A DNA stretch of 64,000 nt from the NCBI RefSeq assembly GCF_016433145.1, contig NC_058133.1:172855964-172919963 (forward strand), read 5' to 3'. The notes beneath the pieces are model-generated. The model was given only the letters and a program-made list of their open reading frames with translations. It was not told where the DNA came from and did no database searches. Positions 24,431 to 37,400 of the stretch are shown here, one piece after another (the first letter of the stretch is position 1; the number at the start of each line of letters is the position of its first letter). The DNA is from Gracilinanus agilis. Its lineage: Eukaryota. The translations under genes and the position numbers were made by a program.

Positions 24431-27239
24431 TATTGGGCAGATAGTCTTTTAAAGCCCTTTGGGCATAATTCTAAATTGCCATCCAGAATGCCCCCTTCTC
24501 TCTTAGAATTGAGGAGAACAGGGTCCCTTCTCCCCTGTGAACAATCACGAGCACTTTTCTCTCCCCTGGAACTCTGACAGAGCCCTTGTTTCCTTGCAAC
24601 TGCAACTGCTATCACTCCTTTTGGCCCTGGAACTGTGACCCAGAACTGTGTAGGAGCTATGCAACTGAACCAACACTAGCAAAATTTTCTTTGCAATCTC
24701 CTTTCATATAATTGTTTGACACCCCTCCCAAACCCTCACCATCTGTGGGCTGAGAGCTCCCAAAGATACCACAATGGCTCCTCTATTCCACCATTTTGGC
24801 TTCTTGTTATATCAAAAGTGCTTTCTCTCAAAAGGCCTAAATTTTATTTTCTGGTGTAATTGGATAAATCATAGCTCACAGTTCTATGAGACCTTTCAAT
24901 TTAAATTTTTTTTTTGGTCAGATCTTCACCACACTCCTCAAGGTCAAAGTCAAGAGCAGGCTGCCTATGAGTGTGATCAGATTCCTCTGCATTTCTCCTT
25001 AGTGGCTGTCTTAAGTCTCTTTTCTCCATATATTTCCTTGAGCACTTCCTCCAGCCTCTCTTCCAGCAGAGAACCTCTATTTTAATTGGAATAAAGTCCT
25101 ACCTTCAAGCTCTCTTCCTCTTCCAATCCATATCTCACAACCCCTCTTCATAATCTCCTATGGTCTCTTTTGCACCAGTTTCCAATTAATAAGCAGGACT
25201 CCTTGCCAAGGATAAATATACATAAAATCATAGGTTTAGGGCTAAGCCATCTGATCCAAATTGCTCATTTTTCAAATAAAGAGCTGAGGATAGAAAGGTC
25301 AAGTGACTTCCTTAAGGTCTCACAGATAATAAGTGGCAGAGAGATTTTTAAACTCAGGACCTTTAGATCCAAATTCATCCTTTCCACCGTATCTGACTGT
25401 TTTTTTTTTTAACTCTTGCTCCTGAGGAAGAAAAATCTGTAGTTTGCATTTTAGCCTGAGTCCATTAGGGAGAATTTATTAATATTTATACGACTACATG
25501 GAGAACTGTCCAAATGGGCACAGTTCCACCCTTCTTGATTAGAATTTTCTCTGACCCAAACAATATCAACCTATATTTTGAAGTATTGAGGAAACAAAAA
25601 CTGGAAATTTTCCTAAGGAAAAGAAAATACAGAGTTTAGAGTTAATTTAAAAAAAATTTTTTTGAAGCAAACCAAGGCAGGCTGCTGACTACTTTCCCCT
25701 TCTCCAATGCAGTGCATGTGCGTGCACACACACATACACACACACACACAGGAAGGACAGAAAAGAGATAAAGCTAGGAATATCTCCGCAGAACTTCGGG
25801 TAGATTGATAGGCCTTAGTAGGAGAAAATTGTCCCTGACAACTTGAGAGGCTTTTGTTCCCAGGTCATTGTGTGTTACTATACCAAATTCTCCCCAATCT
25901 TTATCCCTTGTGTTAGGGCAGCTTGGAAAAGTGGTAGAGGCCCAGAAGTTTTTTTTTTTAATACATTTTTAATAATATAAAAAAGATTTTTTTGCTAATA
26001 CAGAAAAATATTAATATGAATATAGGCACATCCTTAGAATTATCTTCCAGAAACCAAACACTCACTCATGATCCTCTCCCTCTAATCTCTTTCAGATTGA
26101 TCAAAGGTAGACAAAGAAATAATCCTTTTAGTTGGATTTGTCAGACAACATTTCCACTATTCATTTTCTTATAAAACAGAAGTCTCTCTAATCTTAGTTT
26201 TAGGAAATTAATAAAGCCTTATACCACCTGACCTTTTTCTATCTTTCCAGTCTTCTGGAGTCCCTTTAGAAACCCTCTGTGGAATTAGATAAACCAGAAA
26301 TAAATGACCTTCTTCCTATTTCTTCCATTTACCACTCCATCTCCCAACTTTTACACTGCATTCCATGTCTGGAATGCTCTCCCTCTTGGCTTCCTTCAAG
26401 AGTTTTGTTTTTTTTTCTCAGAGTTTAATTCCTCCCCTGTTGCTAGTGCCTTCCTTTTGGGATTTCCTCCCATTTACACTTTTCTTATTTGTACATAGTT
26501 GTTTGTATGATACCTCTCCTATTAGACTGCAGGCTCCTTGAGGGAGCTATTCTTTGTATTACCAGAGTTTGGCACAGTGCCTGGGACATAGTAAACCAAA
26601 TCCTTAATAATTTCTTGTTAACTGACTGATTTTTTTGTTTTCAGTCCAAAAAATTGATTAGCTGAAACCAAGGGTTTCATATTAGGGCATTGCCTCCTTA
26701 ACCTCCTAGCTAAGTCTTTCGTTCAAGAAAGACTGACAAGGTTTTTCATTCTGCTGAGACCTAGGATGCTGAGCTCCAGCAGTATAAAAGGATTTCTTAA
26801 TATTTTGTAAAACAAAAAGAGTGCATGGTACTCTGTTTCCACAATCCTCTCCCTTCTCATCTCCTCCAGAAGTTTGCCTTCTCAGTCATTCCTTCTCATT
26901 CTCTTATCTTCACCTTATCCATTGGCTCCTTCTATTCTTCCTCCAAATATATCCAGGTATCCCTGGCCTTCAAAGGAGGATACTGATTCTCTACATGAGC
27001 TTGCCATTTCTTCAGATTATTATTCTTTTTCTTTTCTCTTGCCCTCAGTGAATTCAATTTCTGCCAGAATGTTAGAGTGTATTTTTAAGGGCTGATTAGT
27101 GAATGTCTAGAAAAGAAAGCAGGAACTGGTGCAGAATAAAGTGAGTAGACCAAAAAACAACAGCATACATAATGACAATAGCATTGTAAACTAGAAGAAC
27201 CAACCAAATAAATAAATAAATAAAATATTAGGTTATTAT

Positions 27240-27800
27240 CACGACTGACTGTATCCCAAAGAGATCAAGGAAAAATAAAAGGAACAAAAATATTTATCAC
27301 ATAATTCTTTTTTGTAGTGGAAAAAAATTAGAAATTGAGAGGATGTTTGTCAGTTGGGGAATAAATGAACAAGTTGTGGCATATGAGCATGATGAAACAA
27401 ACACTACTGTGCTATAAAAAAATAATGAGCTGGATAGTATTGGAAAAACCTGGGAAGACTCATGTGAACTGATGAAAAGAGAAGTAAGGAGAACATTGTA
27501 AACAGTAACAGCAATACTGGAACCAGTTTCAATTGTGAAAGACTTAGCTACTCTGATCAAGACAATGATCCAAGACAATTCCAAAGGACCCATGATGAAG
27601 AATATTATCCATCAATTGAAGTAATTTTTTCACTGTCTTCATTTTTTCTTGCCTTTTTGGTAACATGACTAGTATAGAAATAATATCTCATATGAGTTCA
27701 CATATGTAATTGGTATATCATGTTGCTTGCCTTCTCACTGGATAAATGGGATTTGGAGGGAAGGAGAGGATTTGAAACTTAAACTAAAAAAAAAATTTTA
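27240..27800 (+). mobile_element. L1 3' fragment
   Basis: ctgtatcccaaagagatcaag...gacttagctactctgatcaagacaatgatccaagacaattccaaaggac. Confidence 0.75.
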
Positions 27801-28089
27801 AATAAAATTAAAAAAAATTTCATGACCAAGTTTGGTTCCAAAGTAGAATTGAGAAAATATATTTTCCTCCCTTCTTTGTGGAGGTGAGGGATTTTTGTGG
27901 TGAATACACCGCGAAACATGGTCCACATGGGTTAGTTTTAATGAACTGTTGTTTGTTCTTTCTCTTTGCATCTTTGTTACAAGAGATGACCCAACGAGGA
28001 AGGACGTGTTCAGAAATGAATGTGATATTGAAAAAGGAGGTAGAAATAAAAGTGAGTAAATTGTTTAAAAGAAATTAGTAACCACAAAT

Positions 28090-29470
28090 ACTTAGCATTT
28101 CTTTATCAAGAATGCATAATGTCAGACTAACTTCATTTCTGTTATTAGTTGGATAGATCAAGGAAATAGTATAGTCATGTTTTGCCCAGATTTCATCAAA
28201 ACATTTGAAAAAACCTTTCATATTGTTCTTGTGAACAAAATAGAGACGTGTGGGCTAGACAATAGTATAATTAGGTGGAATCAGCACTGGTTTGGATAGT
28301 TAGCTAAAAGGAGAAGTTATTAATGGTCCATTGTCTCCTTGGAAAGACATCTCTATTGGAGTATCCCAGGAATTTGCCCTTGACCTTCTATTGTTTGACA
28401 TTTTTATCAATGATTTTCATAAAGGAATAAATAGTATGCTTAACAAATACGCAGGTTTTCCAAAGCGGGAAGAGATAGCTGGCATCTTGAGTGACAGAAT
28501 TAAGATCCAAAAGATATCTCCAAATTAGATCATGGGGCAGAATTTAATAAAAATGAAACTTAATAGGGATGAATGCCAAATTCTACCCTTTGGTTCAATA
28601 AGGCAATGAGTTTTACCAGTAAAAGATGGGAGACATTTGGCTAAAGGAGTAGTTTGTTTGGAAAAGATCTCAGCATTTGAATTTACTGCAAACTCATTCA
28701 TGAATCTCATACACACTCAATATGCATCAACAGTGCCATATGGCAGCAGCTAGATAACACAGTGGATAGAGAGCCAGGTTTGGAGACAGAAGGTCCTGGG
28801 TTCAGATATGACCTTGAGATATTTCATAGTTGTGTGACCTTGGGCAAATCACTTCACTTGGTTGCCTAGTCCTTACACTCTTCTGCCTTGGAAATGATAC
28901 TTAGTACCAAAAAAGAAAAGGAGGTTTTGTTGTTGTCGTTTTTACTTTTAAAAACAACAAAAAGCAGTACAAAATGGCAGCTAAAAAAAAAAAAAGCAAA
29001 TATGATCTCAAGCTTCATTGAAAAAAGCACAGCATCGAGGAAAATGGAAGTGATTGTCCTACTGATATACTTTGCCGTAATCAGATAACAATCTGGACTA
29101 TGGTGTTCAAGACATGAATGTACTCCTTTGTGAGTTTTTTTTACTTTTCCATCGTGACCTCCGCAGTTATTTCCCCCCCTCCCTTTTCAGCTTCTTTTTG
29201 TGTGTTGTCTTCCCTTGTTAGATTGTTAGCTTCTTGAGGACAAGAACTGTGTAGTTGGTTTTTTTCATATTTGGGTCACCAATACTTAGCACAGTGGCTG
29301 GCACATAGTAGACACTTAATAAATAATAATTAACTGCCTAATTAAGAAGCTGAAGAGTGTCCAGATGAGGGCAACTAGGATGATGAATGATCTCAAGAAC
29401 TCTGTGAAGATAAATTGGATGAACTGAAAGTTGTTGAGCTTGGAGAAAAGAAGACTTTGGGAATATTTTC
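28090..29470 (+). mobile_element. CR1/L3 LINE RT fragment interrupted by SINEs
   Basis: Degenerate GV(S/P)Q...LFDIFIND RT motif at about 28355-28415, followed by CR1-type sequence that resumes after the SINE at about 28740-28920. Confidence 0.7.
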
Positions 29471-29519
29471 TGTCTGTCCTCCAATTCTTTAAGGACGTAC
29501 TAAGGGAGCATACATAGTA

Positions 29520-30010
29520 CTGTGCTAGGTGGTACAATGGAAAGAGCACCAGGTCTGGAATTAGGAAGACCTGAGTTCCAATCTGGTCTTAGATCCTGAC
29601 TAGCTGTGTGATCCTGGGCAAGTTACTTAATCCTATCTGTCTCCGTTTGCTCATCTGTCAAAGGAGTTGGAGAAGTGTGGAGGTTCAAAATCTCCATTTA
29701 TACAGAAGGAAATGGCAAATGACTCCCGAATCTTTTCCAAGAAAACCCCAGATAGGGTCATAAAGAGTTAGACACAGGGGGCAGCTAGATGGTTCATTGG
29801 ATTTCAAGACAGGACTAGGGAGTAGGTCCTGGGTTCAAATTTGACCTCAGACACTTCCTAACTGTGTGACCCTGTGAAAATCACTTGACTCTCATTGTGT
29901 AGCCTTTGCTGCTCTTCTGTGTTGGAACCAATACACATTATTGATTCCAAGATAGAAGGTAAAGGTTTTAAAAAAAAAAAGAGTCAGAGGAGACATGACT
30001 AAACAATAAT
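29520..30010 (+). mobile_element. MAR1-like SINE with nested SINE1_Mdo-like copy (about 29779-29980)
   Basis: The MAR1 tail ggaaatggcaaa...ccaagaaaacccca...aagagt resumes after the nested SINE. Confidence 0.7.
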
Positions 30011-33000
30011 GGGAGTATGTTAGAGGTCCTGAAACACTGTAGAAAAGGAATTAGACTTGTCCAAGTTGGCCCCAGTGAGCATTTAAGTAGGAGCAATAGA
30101 AATTAGAGACAGACAGATTTTTTGGTCCTAATATAAGGAAATATTTTAAATGATTAGCATTATTGAAAACTAGAATGGGCTGTCTCTGGAGGTAGAGTCT
30201 GCCCTCAGTGGAGGTCTTTAGAGAAGTAGCTGGCCCCTCCTCGGTGGTTTTGCAGAGGTGGTCTTGGTCTAGGCTAGACTAGATGTCCAGTGAGGTTTCT
30301 CCCAACTCTGAAATTCTAGCATTCTACAGGAATGATCTAATAATGAGAAATTTCATGGACAAGCTAGGGAAACTGAGTCATAGAGCTAGGGAATATGGGA
30401 TGGGCACCTAATTTGCACATCGTGGATCAGAATAGAGCTACAATTGGAATACACAGGCTCCTCTTCCTCTAGCCTACTAGCTGCCATCTACAGACTCAGT
30501 GCTGTCTGGAGGGACTTCTCTCTGTTGTTTAGATCAGGAATCCGGAAGGGAGTCACAGTCTAAAAATACCCTCCATGTATTTAGATGTTATTTGGAAAAT
30601 AAACTTCCTTGTCTTAGCTCTTGGTTTCCATACTCGCCAGCCCTGTTTCCTGAAGCAGAGGGTGGAGTGGAGAGGGTGAGCTATCTGCCAGCAAGAAACC
30701 AGACCCAAGTATCCTTTTTCTACCCCACCACTGGGGAGTTGGAGGGCCTTGGGTCAGGGCTTGGCAAGGACAACATATTGCAGAAGTAGGGAAAGATAGA
30801 GAGATCAGGCTAGAAATTTAGAGGACTTGATGGACGGGGAAGACTAGGTACTGATCATTCTGACCCTTATCAAAGGTATCTTGATGTCACAAAAAGAATA
30901 CTGCAATGGAAGTCAGGAGATCTGGGTTCTAGTCTCAGCTTGCCATGAATGAGCTGTGTAACCTTAATTAAGCCACTTGCCTTCTCCAGCCTCAACATCC
31001 TTGTCTTTAAGATGCCTGGCAAAGCGGCCGAGTTAATAATCTCATCTCAGACACTTACTGTGTGACTGTGGACAATTCTCTTTACCTCAGTGTCCTTATT
31101 TGTAAAGTGCTGGATTCTGAAGTCTCTTTCAGCTCTGAGTCTATAATCCAAGGATCCCAAGAAGAGACAGAGTAGATTCAGTGGTGTCTAACACAGACCC
31201 CTACTGGGGCAATATCTTAATGCTTTCAGCTCTAACGTTTTGATTTTATTATAATTCCCAGCCTTGAATTTTCTTCTCTGAAAAATAAGGAACTGTCCTG
31301 CCTTGGCCCCAGCCCAGCCCAGGCGCCTGATCATGACTTTGATCAGGAGGAAAGTACAAAGTGGGAGGGAACAGGGTGAGGACCAAATGGAGACATTGGG
31401 TCTTTAAAGGATTGGGATCCTGTCCCAGGGCCTGTGTCCTGCACACGTCTCAACTGCTCTGTTTATTTACAGAGGTGGGGACAATGGCCATCCCTGGAGA
31501 CACAGGAAAACTAAAGGAGGGGGTCAATGAGGATATGCATGCAGGAATCTTCCATTTGGGGGAAATGATAGGAGAGAAAAATAGTTGACCGGGGGATGCT
31601 CCCCAAATTGGGAATGGGGCTGACCCAAGGGTCTCTCCATAATTCATTCCAATGGCTGTCCGAGAATGGACGTGGCCCAAGCAGGTCAGGTTTCAATCTT
31701 CTCACGACCAGTTTCATATAGGTTAGAATTTGGGGTCGAGTATGGAGAGATTAGGAAAATGAAGAGAAGTGTAGAATGGAGAGATGGAAGCTCAGAGACA
31801 CCAAGGAACAGGGCTGAGAGGTAGGAAGGAGGAATTTGCGGGGTTGAAGATAATCTTATGTGGATAAACTTAGTCATCATAAATGAGACCAAACATTCAA
31901 ATGGGGGAGGGAATCTAGGCATATTTCATACTAGGGTAAATGTGAAAATAAAAATGATAACTAGCATTTACATTGTGTTTTTTCCAGTGGTCAGTCATGA
32001 TTCTAGATCAGTGATGAAGAGGGCCCTCCCAGTTGAGAGATGATGGACTCAAGATGAAGACTGAGACACTTATTTTCAGAACTTGCCAATATGGAGATTT
32101 GTTTTGCTACGCCATGCTTATTGGCCATTCTACTGGTTTTTTCCCCCCTCAGGCAGGGGGAGGTAGGAAGTAAAGAAAATAAGTGCTTGCTAACAACTAA
32201 AAATATATGGGGTGGGGGGAGAAAATTTGTAAAAGTAATTTTTATTGATTTCCTTTTATTTCAGTCATTTCTAGATGTCTTCCCCTTTACCCACCGAACT
32301 CTCCCTTTTTAAAATTAATTCTTATGGATATCTTTTGTTATTACATTGTCTTAGTTTCTCAATGCATGCCTTCCCCCCATCCTCACCCAGAGAACTAACT
32401 ATCCCTTACTACTAAGATGAAAGAAAGAGAAAGCCAAGAAGTTTAGCAAAGCTAATTAGCAGCAAGGCTAATTAGCATACCAGTCTAGTACCTTCTTCCT
32501 CCCAATTTCCTGTAAGGGATCTATAGTAGCCCCCTACAAAGAAGAGAGAGGAACACTGTCAGATGTCTTCCTTTGAACCTTCTCTTGAAACAAAGAAAAA
32601 CAGGAAAGTTTGTAAACCACTTTTAAAAAAACTTGACCCTGTTTGAACCTCAAGACAAATGGTTTCTATAAGCCCTTCTTATCCCCACCTACTCTGTTTT
32701 GTTTTTTAAAATTGGAAACTTGGAGATCATTAAAATTAAGTGGCTTGCTCATAGGCTCACAGCTAAAAAAAATGTCAGAGAGGCATTTGAACCAAGTTTC
32801 CTTGACTTTGGAGTCAACATTTTATTGGCTGCACTCTGTTGCACCTTCTACAAAGACACTCTGGTGCCATATATTAAGTCCTGGACTTAGAGTCAGGAAG
32901 ACTTGGGTTTGAATCCTACCTTGAAACTTATTTAGTTGTGTAACTCTGGGTGAGTCACTAAACTTACCTGAGCCTCAGTTTCCTCGTATTTAAAAATGTG

Positions 33001-33164
33001 GTGGATATGTTGAAGTAAAAGCCAAATGGATGGCAGATGGCTTCATCACAGAAGAATCAGAATCCTCAAATCTCAGGGTGAGAAGGGATCTCAGTAGCCA
33101 CTGAACCTAACTAATAATATCTGAAAGGATCCTTTTTGCAATATATTTGATGATGGATGCCTAG

Positions 33165-34485
33165 TGTAGGAAAACCCAGATTGCATCCCTGGAGTCCCTC
33201 ATTGGAGACTTCCAACCACATTGGCGGGTATGTGGAGTGAGAAATTAGTGTGTTATTCTCAAGTTATTAAGAATTACTAACATCTCCAAAAAGTTAGTAA
33301 AAACTGGTCCCCCCACCATCCAATTCTCTTACAAGATTACTCCATCCTTCTCCCTGTAGGACAAAGTGTTTTGAATTGAGCCTTTTGAGTCCGTTTGGGA
33401 ATTTGCCTGGAACAGGTGTCCCAGACTGACCCAGTGATCAAATCTTTAGTACCAGTTTTGAGTACCCTTCTGTCATAGAAGTCTCTTCCATTATATCAGA
33501 GGCTTCTTCCAGGTAGTTAAGCCCAATGGCCTGACATCAGCCCCACCTAGATAGCCCAGCCCTGACTTCCTTTTCTCTTTTTTTTTTTTAAACCCTTGTA
33601 CTTTCAGTGTATTGTCTCATAGGTGGAAGAGTGGTAAGGGTGGGCAATGGGGGTCAAGTGACTTGCCCAAGGTCACACAGCTGGGAAGTGGCTGAGGCCG
33701 GGTTTGAACCTAGGACCTCCTGTCTCTAGGCCTGACTCTCACTCCACTGAGCTACCCAGCTGCCCCCTCCTTTTCTCTTTGTAATATTCCTGCCTTTTTA
33801 TTTCTGGATTCAAACCTTTGTCTTGAACCCATGACTATTTCTTTAAAATATCAGCTTGCTTGAATGTACCTACTGTAAAGCTATTCTCTGATTTCTTTTT
33901 TTTTTAACCCTTACCTTCCATCTTAGAGTCAATACTGTGTATTTGGTTCCTAGGCAGAAGAGTCATAAGGGCTAGGTAAAGGGGGTTAAGTGACTTGCCC
34001 AGGGTCATACAGCTGGGAAGTGTCTGAGTTCGTATTTGAACCCAGGACCTCCCATCTCTAGGTCTAGGCTCTCAATCCACTGAGCCACCCAACAGCCCCT
34101 ATTCTCCAATCTTGAAGATGTTTATTTGCTTGAATGTGTCCTTTGTAAAGCTATTTACCCAACCTCTTAAAATGTAAATTTCTATAAATTGGAAGGATCT
34201 TTGGAAACCAGAAGACATTTGCCAGATAGACTGTGTCAAGCTCTAGTCAGTGTGTCCCTGGTACATTCGGGGCAGACATGGCTAGATCTCTCTCTATATA
34301 ACTTTGGGGATGTTTGTCTTGGGTCAGTGACTTGAGGCAGTGCCCCCACATCTCTCTTTCTCTCTCAGCCTCTCTCAATCTCTCTCTCTCCCTTTTTCTC
34401 TCTCTCTCAATAAGGCATTTCATTTTAAGTGATGGTTTTCCCTGGTCATGTTTTTAATAGTGGTTAAAGAGGGTATACTTTGACA
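33165..34485 (+). mobile_element. LTR-like sequence interrupted by two SINE1_Mdo-like copies (33578-33767, about 33897-34090)
   Basis: Begins tgtagg, has tatataa, a CT-rich tract and aataag, and ends tttgaca. No TSD found, so the ends are uncertain. Confidence 0.4.
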
Positions 34486-34737
34486 TTTTCAAGGTCCCCT
34501 CAATTTCCACTCCACACAGAATTGAATAATTAACGATTACTCTTTGGAGTCTGAATCCATCCAACTTTTTGTTTAGTCAACATCTTTCCATCACCCCTGA
34601 GGCAACCCATTTCATTTTTGGACAGCTTTAGTGGTTGGGGTAGCTCATACAGTGGATAGAGTTCCTCTGGGCCTGGAGTCGGAAAGACCTGAGTTTTAAT
34701 CTAGCCTCAAATCCTTCCTAGCTGTATGACCCTAGGC

Positions 34738-35194
34738 CAGTGATGGCGAACCTACGGCACAGGTGCCAAAGATGGCACACAGAGCACTCTCTGTGGATAC
34801 TAGACTGCCCTCCTCTCCCCCAGAGTTCATTACTAGAAAGGCAGAGGGGCTCAGATGGAGCTGCTCTCCTCCTCCTCCCACCGTGCCTGATAACATTTTT
34901 TTCACATCCCCTGCCCCTCTGCCCAGCAGCCAATGGGAGCACACAGAGGGTAAGATGGGTGGCTCACAGGTGGCAGAGCTGGAGGGGAGCAGAGTGCTCA
35001 GGCCACTCCCTTCCCCTTCTCTACACTTGCTGAGGACATTCCTCACTTCACTAGCCCTTCTACCCAGCAGTCCAATGGAAATGCTTCCTCCCTCCCCTTT
35101 GTGGAGTAAGGGAGGGGCATGGCACAGGTTCTCTAGAAGGGGTGAAGTGGGGGGGGAGCTTGGTATTTCATCTCTTAAAGGTTCACCATCATTG
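34738..35194. mobile_element. Non-autonomous hAT DNA transposon (MITE; OposCharlie/OC1-type TIR)
   Basis: 16-bp TIR cagtgatggcgaacct / aggttcaccatcattg (14/16 match); 8-bp TSD ccctaggc/tcctaggc; 457 bp. Confidence 0.88.
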
Positions 35195-35289
35195 TCCTAG
35201 GCAAATCACTTAATCCATTTCATCTCAATTTCTTCATCTGTAAAATAAGCTGGAGAAGGAAATGACAAACTGTTCCAGTGTCTACCAAG

Positions 35290-35874
35290 TGAAAGAGAAA
35301 GTGAAATAATACTGAGTGTAACAATTGGTCAAATTTGCTCAAGTTTCCATTTTTCCAGGGGTTTCTGATATGTAAAAACAATCTTCTGTGGACTATGGAC
35401 TAAACTTAAGAAATGGGAACCTACCCACTGAACCCTGCCCTAACTTCACCAACAGGACCTGGACTGAGAACAATCCTAGGAACCTTTCCTGATAAGATGA
35501 TGGGTATCTCACCAGGAGAGGTTCCAGAGAGTTCTAGATTAGATAATTGTTATTAGCCTGCCTTCTCCAGACCCCAAAAGTCACTCCAACGAGTTACTGT
35601 CAAGAATTTTCAGTTATTTCCTCAAGCCACAATCTGGTTTGTTTGTTTGTTTTTCTTTTTCTCTTCCTCATCTTTCAAACCATAGAAGTTGGCTAATTTC
35701 TGTATCTAAGGGGCTCCTCTCCTTAGGAGAGGGGTCCCCACATGCAAGCTCCTTCTGCTGAAAAGAATACATTAAAATACTCTTTGCTTCTTCCTCAGTT
35801 TCTAATGTCTTTCTCTCATTCAATTGGCCTCTGGTCCAGTGGGGTCAGACACTTGGGAAGATAATGGGTTGACA
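35290..35874 (+). mobile_element. Solo LTR (585 bp)
   Basis: TG...CA termini, perfect 5-bp TSD ccaag (35285-35289 / 35875-35879), internal attaaa; splits the MAR1 tail. Confidence 0.8.
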
Positions 35875-36779
35875 CCAAGAATACCCCAAATGGGGCCAAA
35901 AAGAGTTTGACATAACTGAAAAATGACTGAGCAAATGGTTGGGAAGTTTTTCCAGTCATCCGACCTCAACTGGTCTCTTTACAACTTCCAACCATTGAAA
36001 TAGAACAAGCCCAAAACTTCTTTTATATTCCAGTCTTCCATCTATATACTACAACATAATTGTACTGTATTCCCTCCATCTCTCCATCCTCCCAGTCTTC
36101 TCTTTTTTGTATTAAACATGCTCAGTTCTTGTAACTGGTCTTCATGTGGCATAGACCTTGGCATCTTGATCTTCTCTGGACACTGTAGCTTATAATAATA
36201 ATGATGATGCTATTGCTGTTATTGATTATGATAATGATAATTAGCATTTACATAGAACTTGAAGGTTTACAAAAAGCTTTATAAATATTAGCTCTTTTGA
36301 TCCTCAAAACCACTCTGCAAGGTAGGTGCTATTATTATTATCATCCTCATTTTACAGTTGAGGAAACTGAGGCGGAGTTGAAGTGCCTTGCCAGAGGTCA
36401 TCATACAGCTAGAAAATATATCTGAGGACAAATCTGAACTTAGGTGCTCCTGACTACAGATCCAGCTCTCAATTCATTGTGCTCTAGCTTATTAGTGTCC
36501 TTAAACCCAGGATGAAACACTGTAGTCCAGAAGTGATCTGATGAGAGAATTTCACTAATTTATTCCTAGATATTATTATTATTATTATTATTTAAAACCC
36601 TTGCCTTCTGTCTTAGAATCAATACTGGGTATTGGTTCTAAGGCAAAACAGTGGTAAGGGCTAGGCAATGGGGTTCAAGAGACTTACCCAGTAAGTGTCT
36701 GAGGCCATATTTGAACCTAAGACCTCCTGTCTCTAAGCCTGGCTCTCAATCCACTGAGCCACCCAGCTGCCCCCTATTC

Positions 36780-37400
36780 CTAGAAATCAAAGATGCCTCT
36801 CAGGGCAATCCTCCAACATTAGCTTTTTGGGGGCTGCCACATGTTCCTAAGTAGCATTGAGCTTGCAATCCACTAAAGCCTCCAGATCTTTTTTAATGCA
36901 ATTTCTTCCATTCTACATTTATGATGTCATTTTGAACCCCTGTAAGATATTTACATTTATTCCTATTGAATTTCATCCTCTTAGATTCACCCAATGCTTG
37001 ATTAGGTCAAGATCTTTTGGAACCCAACCTTCATCCCGAGTGTCATCCATCTCACTCAGCTTGATGTCATCTGTAATGATGATAAGCATATAATCTATAT
37101 TTTCCAAAGTCCCTGGTAGAAATGTTAAATAACACAGAGTCAAGCACAGTTCTCTGTGTTGTCCCACTCAGGATGTTTGATCAATCTGAGGTTGAGCCAT
37201 TAGCCAGCAGTGCTCTTTGAGTCCAGCCACTCCACCTTGTTCTGAATCCTTCTCGTTCTATTTTTTTTGTCTAGTTCACATTTCTCCATTTTCTCTTTGA
37301 GGACCATACGACATGCTTTCCTTTTTAAAATGCCTTTCTAAGATCTGAGTAAACTATGCTGAGAGTATTTCTCTCACTTACCAGCTTAGTATATTAGAAC
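36780..37400 (-). mobile_element. CR1/L3 fragment
   Basis: Antisense CR1-type sequence (ttcctattgaatttcatcctcttagattc...cagcttgatgtcatctg). Confidence 0.6.

Larger units (their letters stand above)
18990..24750 (-). mobile_element. Long, fragmented L1 (3' end to ORF2 to ORF1/5' region) interrupted by younger SINEs
   Basis: Continuous T-rich antisense L1 sequence resumes across a MAR1 insertion (about 20143-20370) and SINE1_Mdo-like insertions (about 20656, 21566, 23530, 23805, 24236). No intact ORF. Confidence 0.75.
34640..35935 (+). mobile_element. MAR1-like SINE carrying two nested insertions
   Basis: SINE head at 34640-34737, middle at 35195-35289, tail at 35875-35935; TSD tggttggg (34632-34639 / 35936-35943). 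Confidence 0.75.

Noticed and set aside
34718-35200. Cluster of overlapping 74-145 aa ORFs on both strands
   Set aside because: They coincide with the GC-rich non-autonomous MITE; no transposase motifs.
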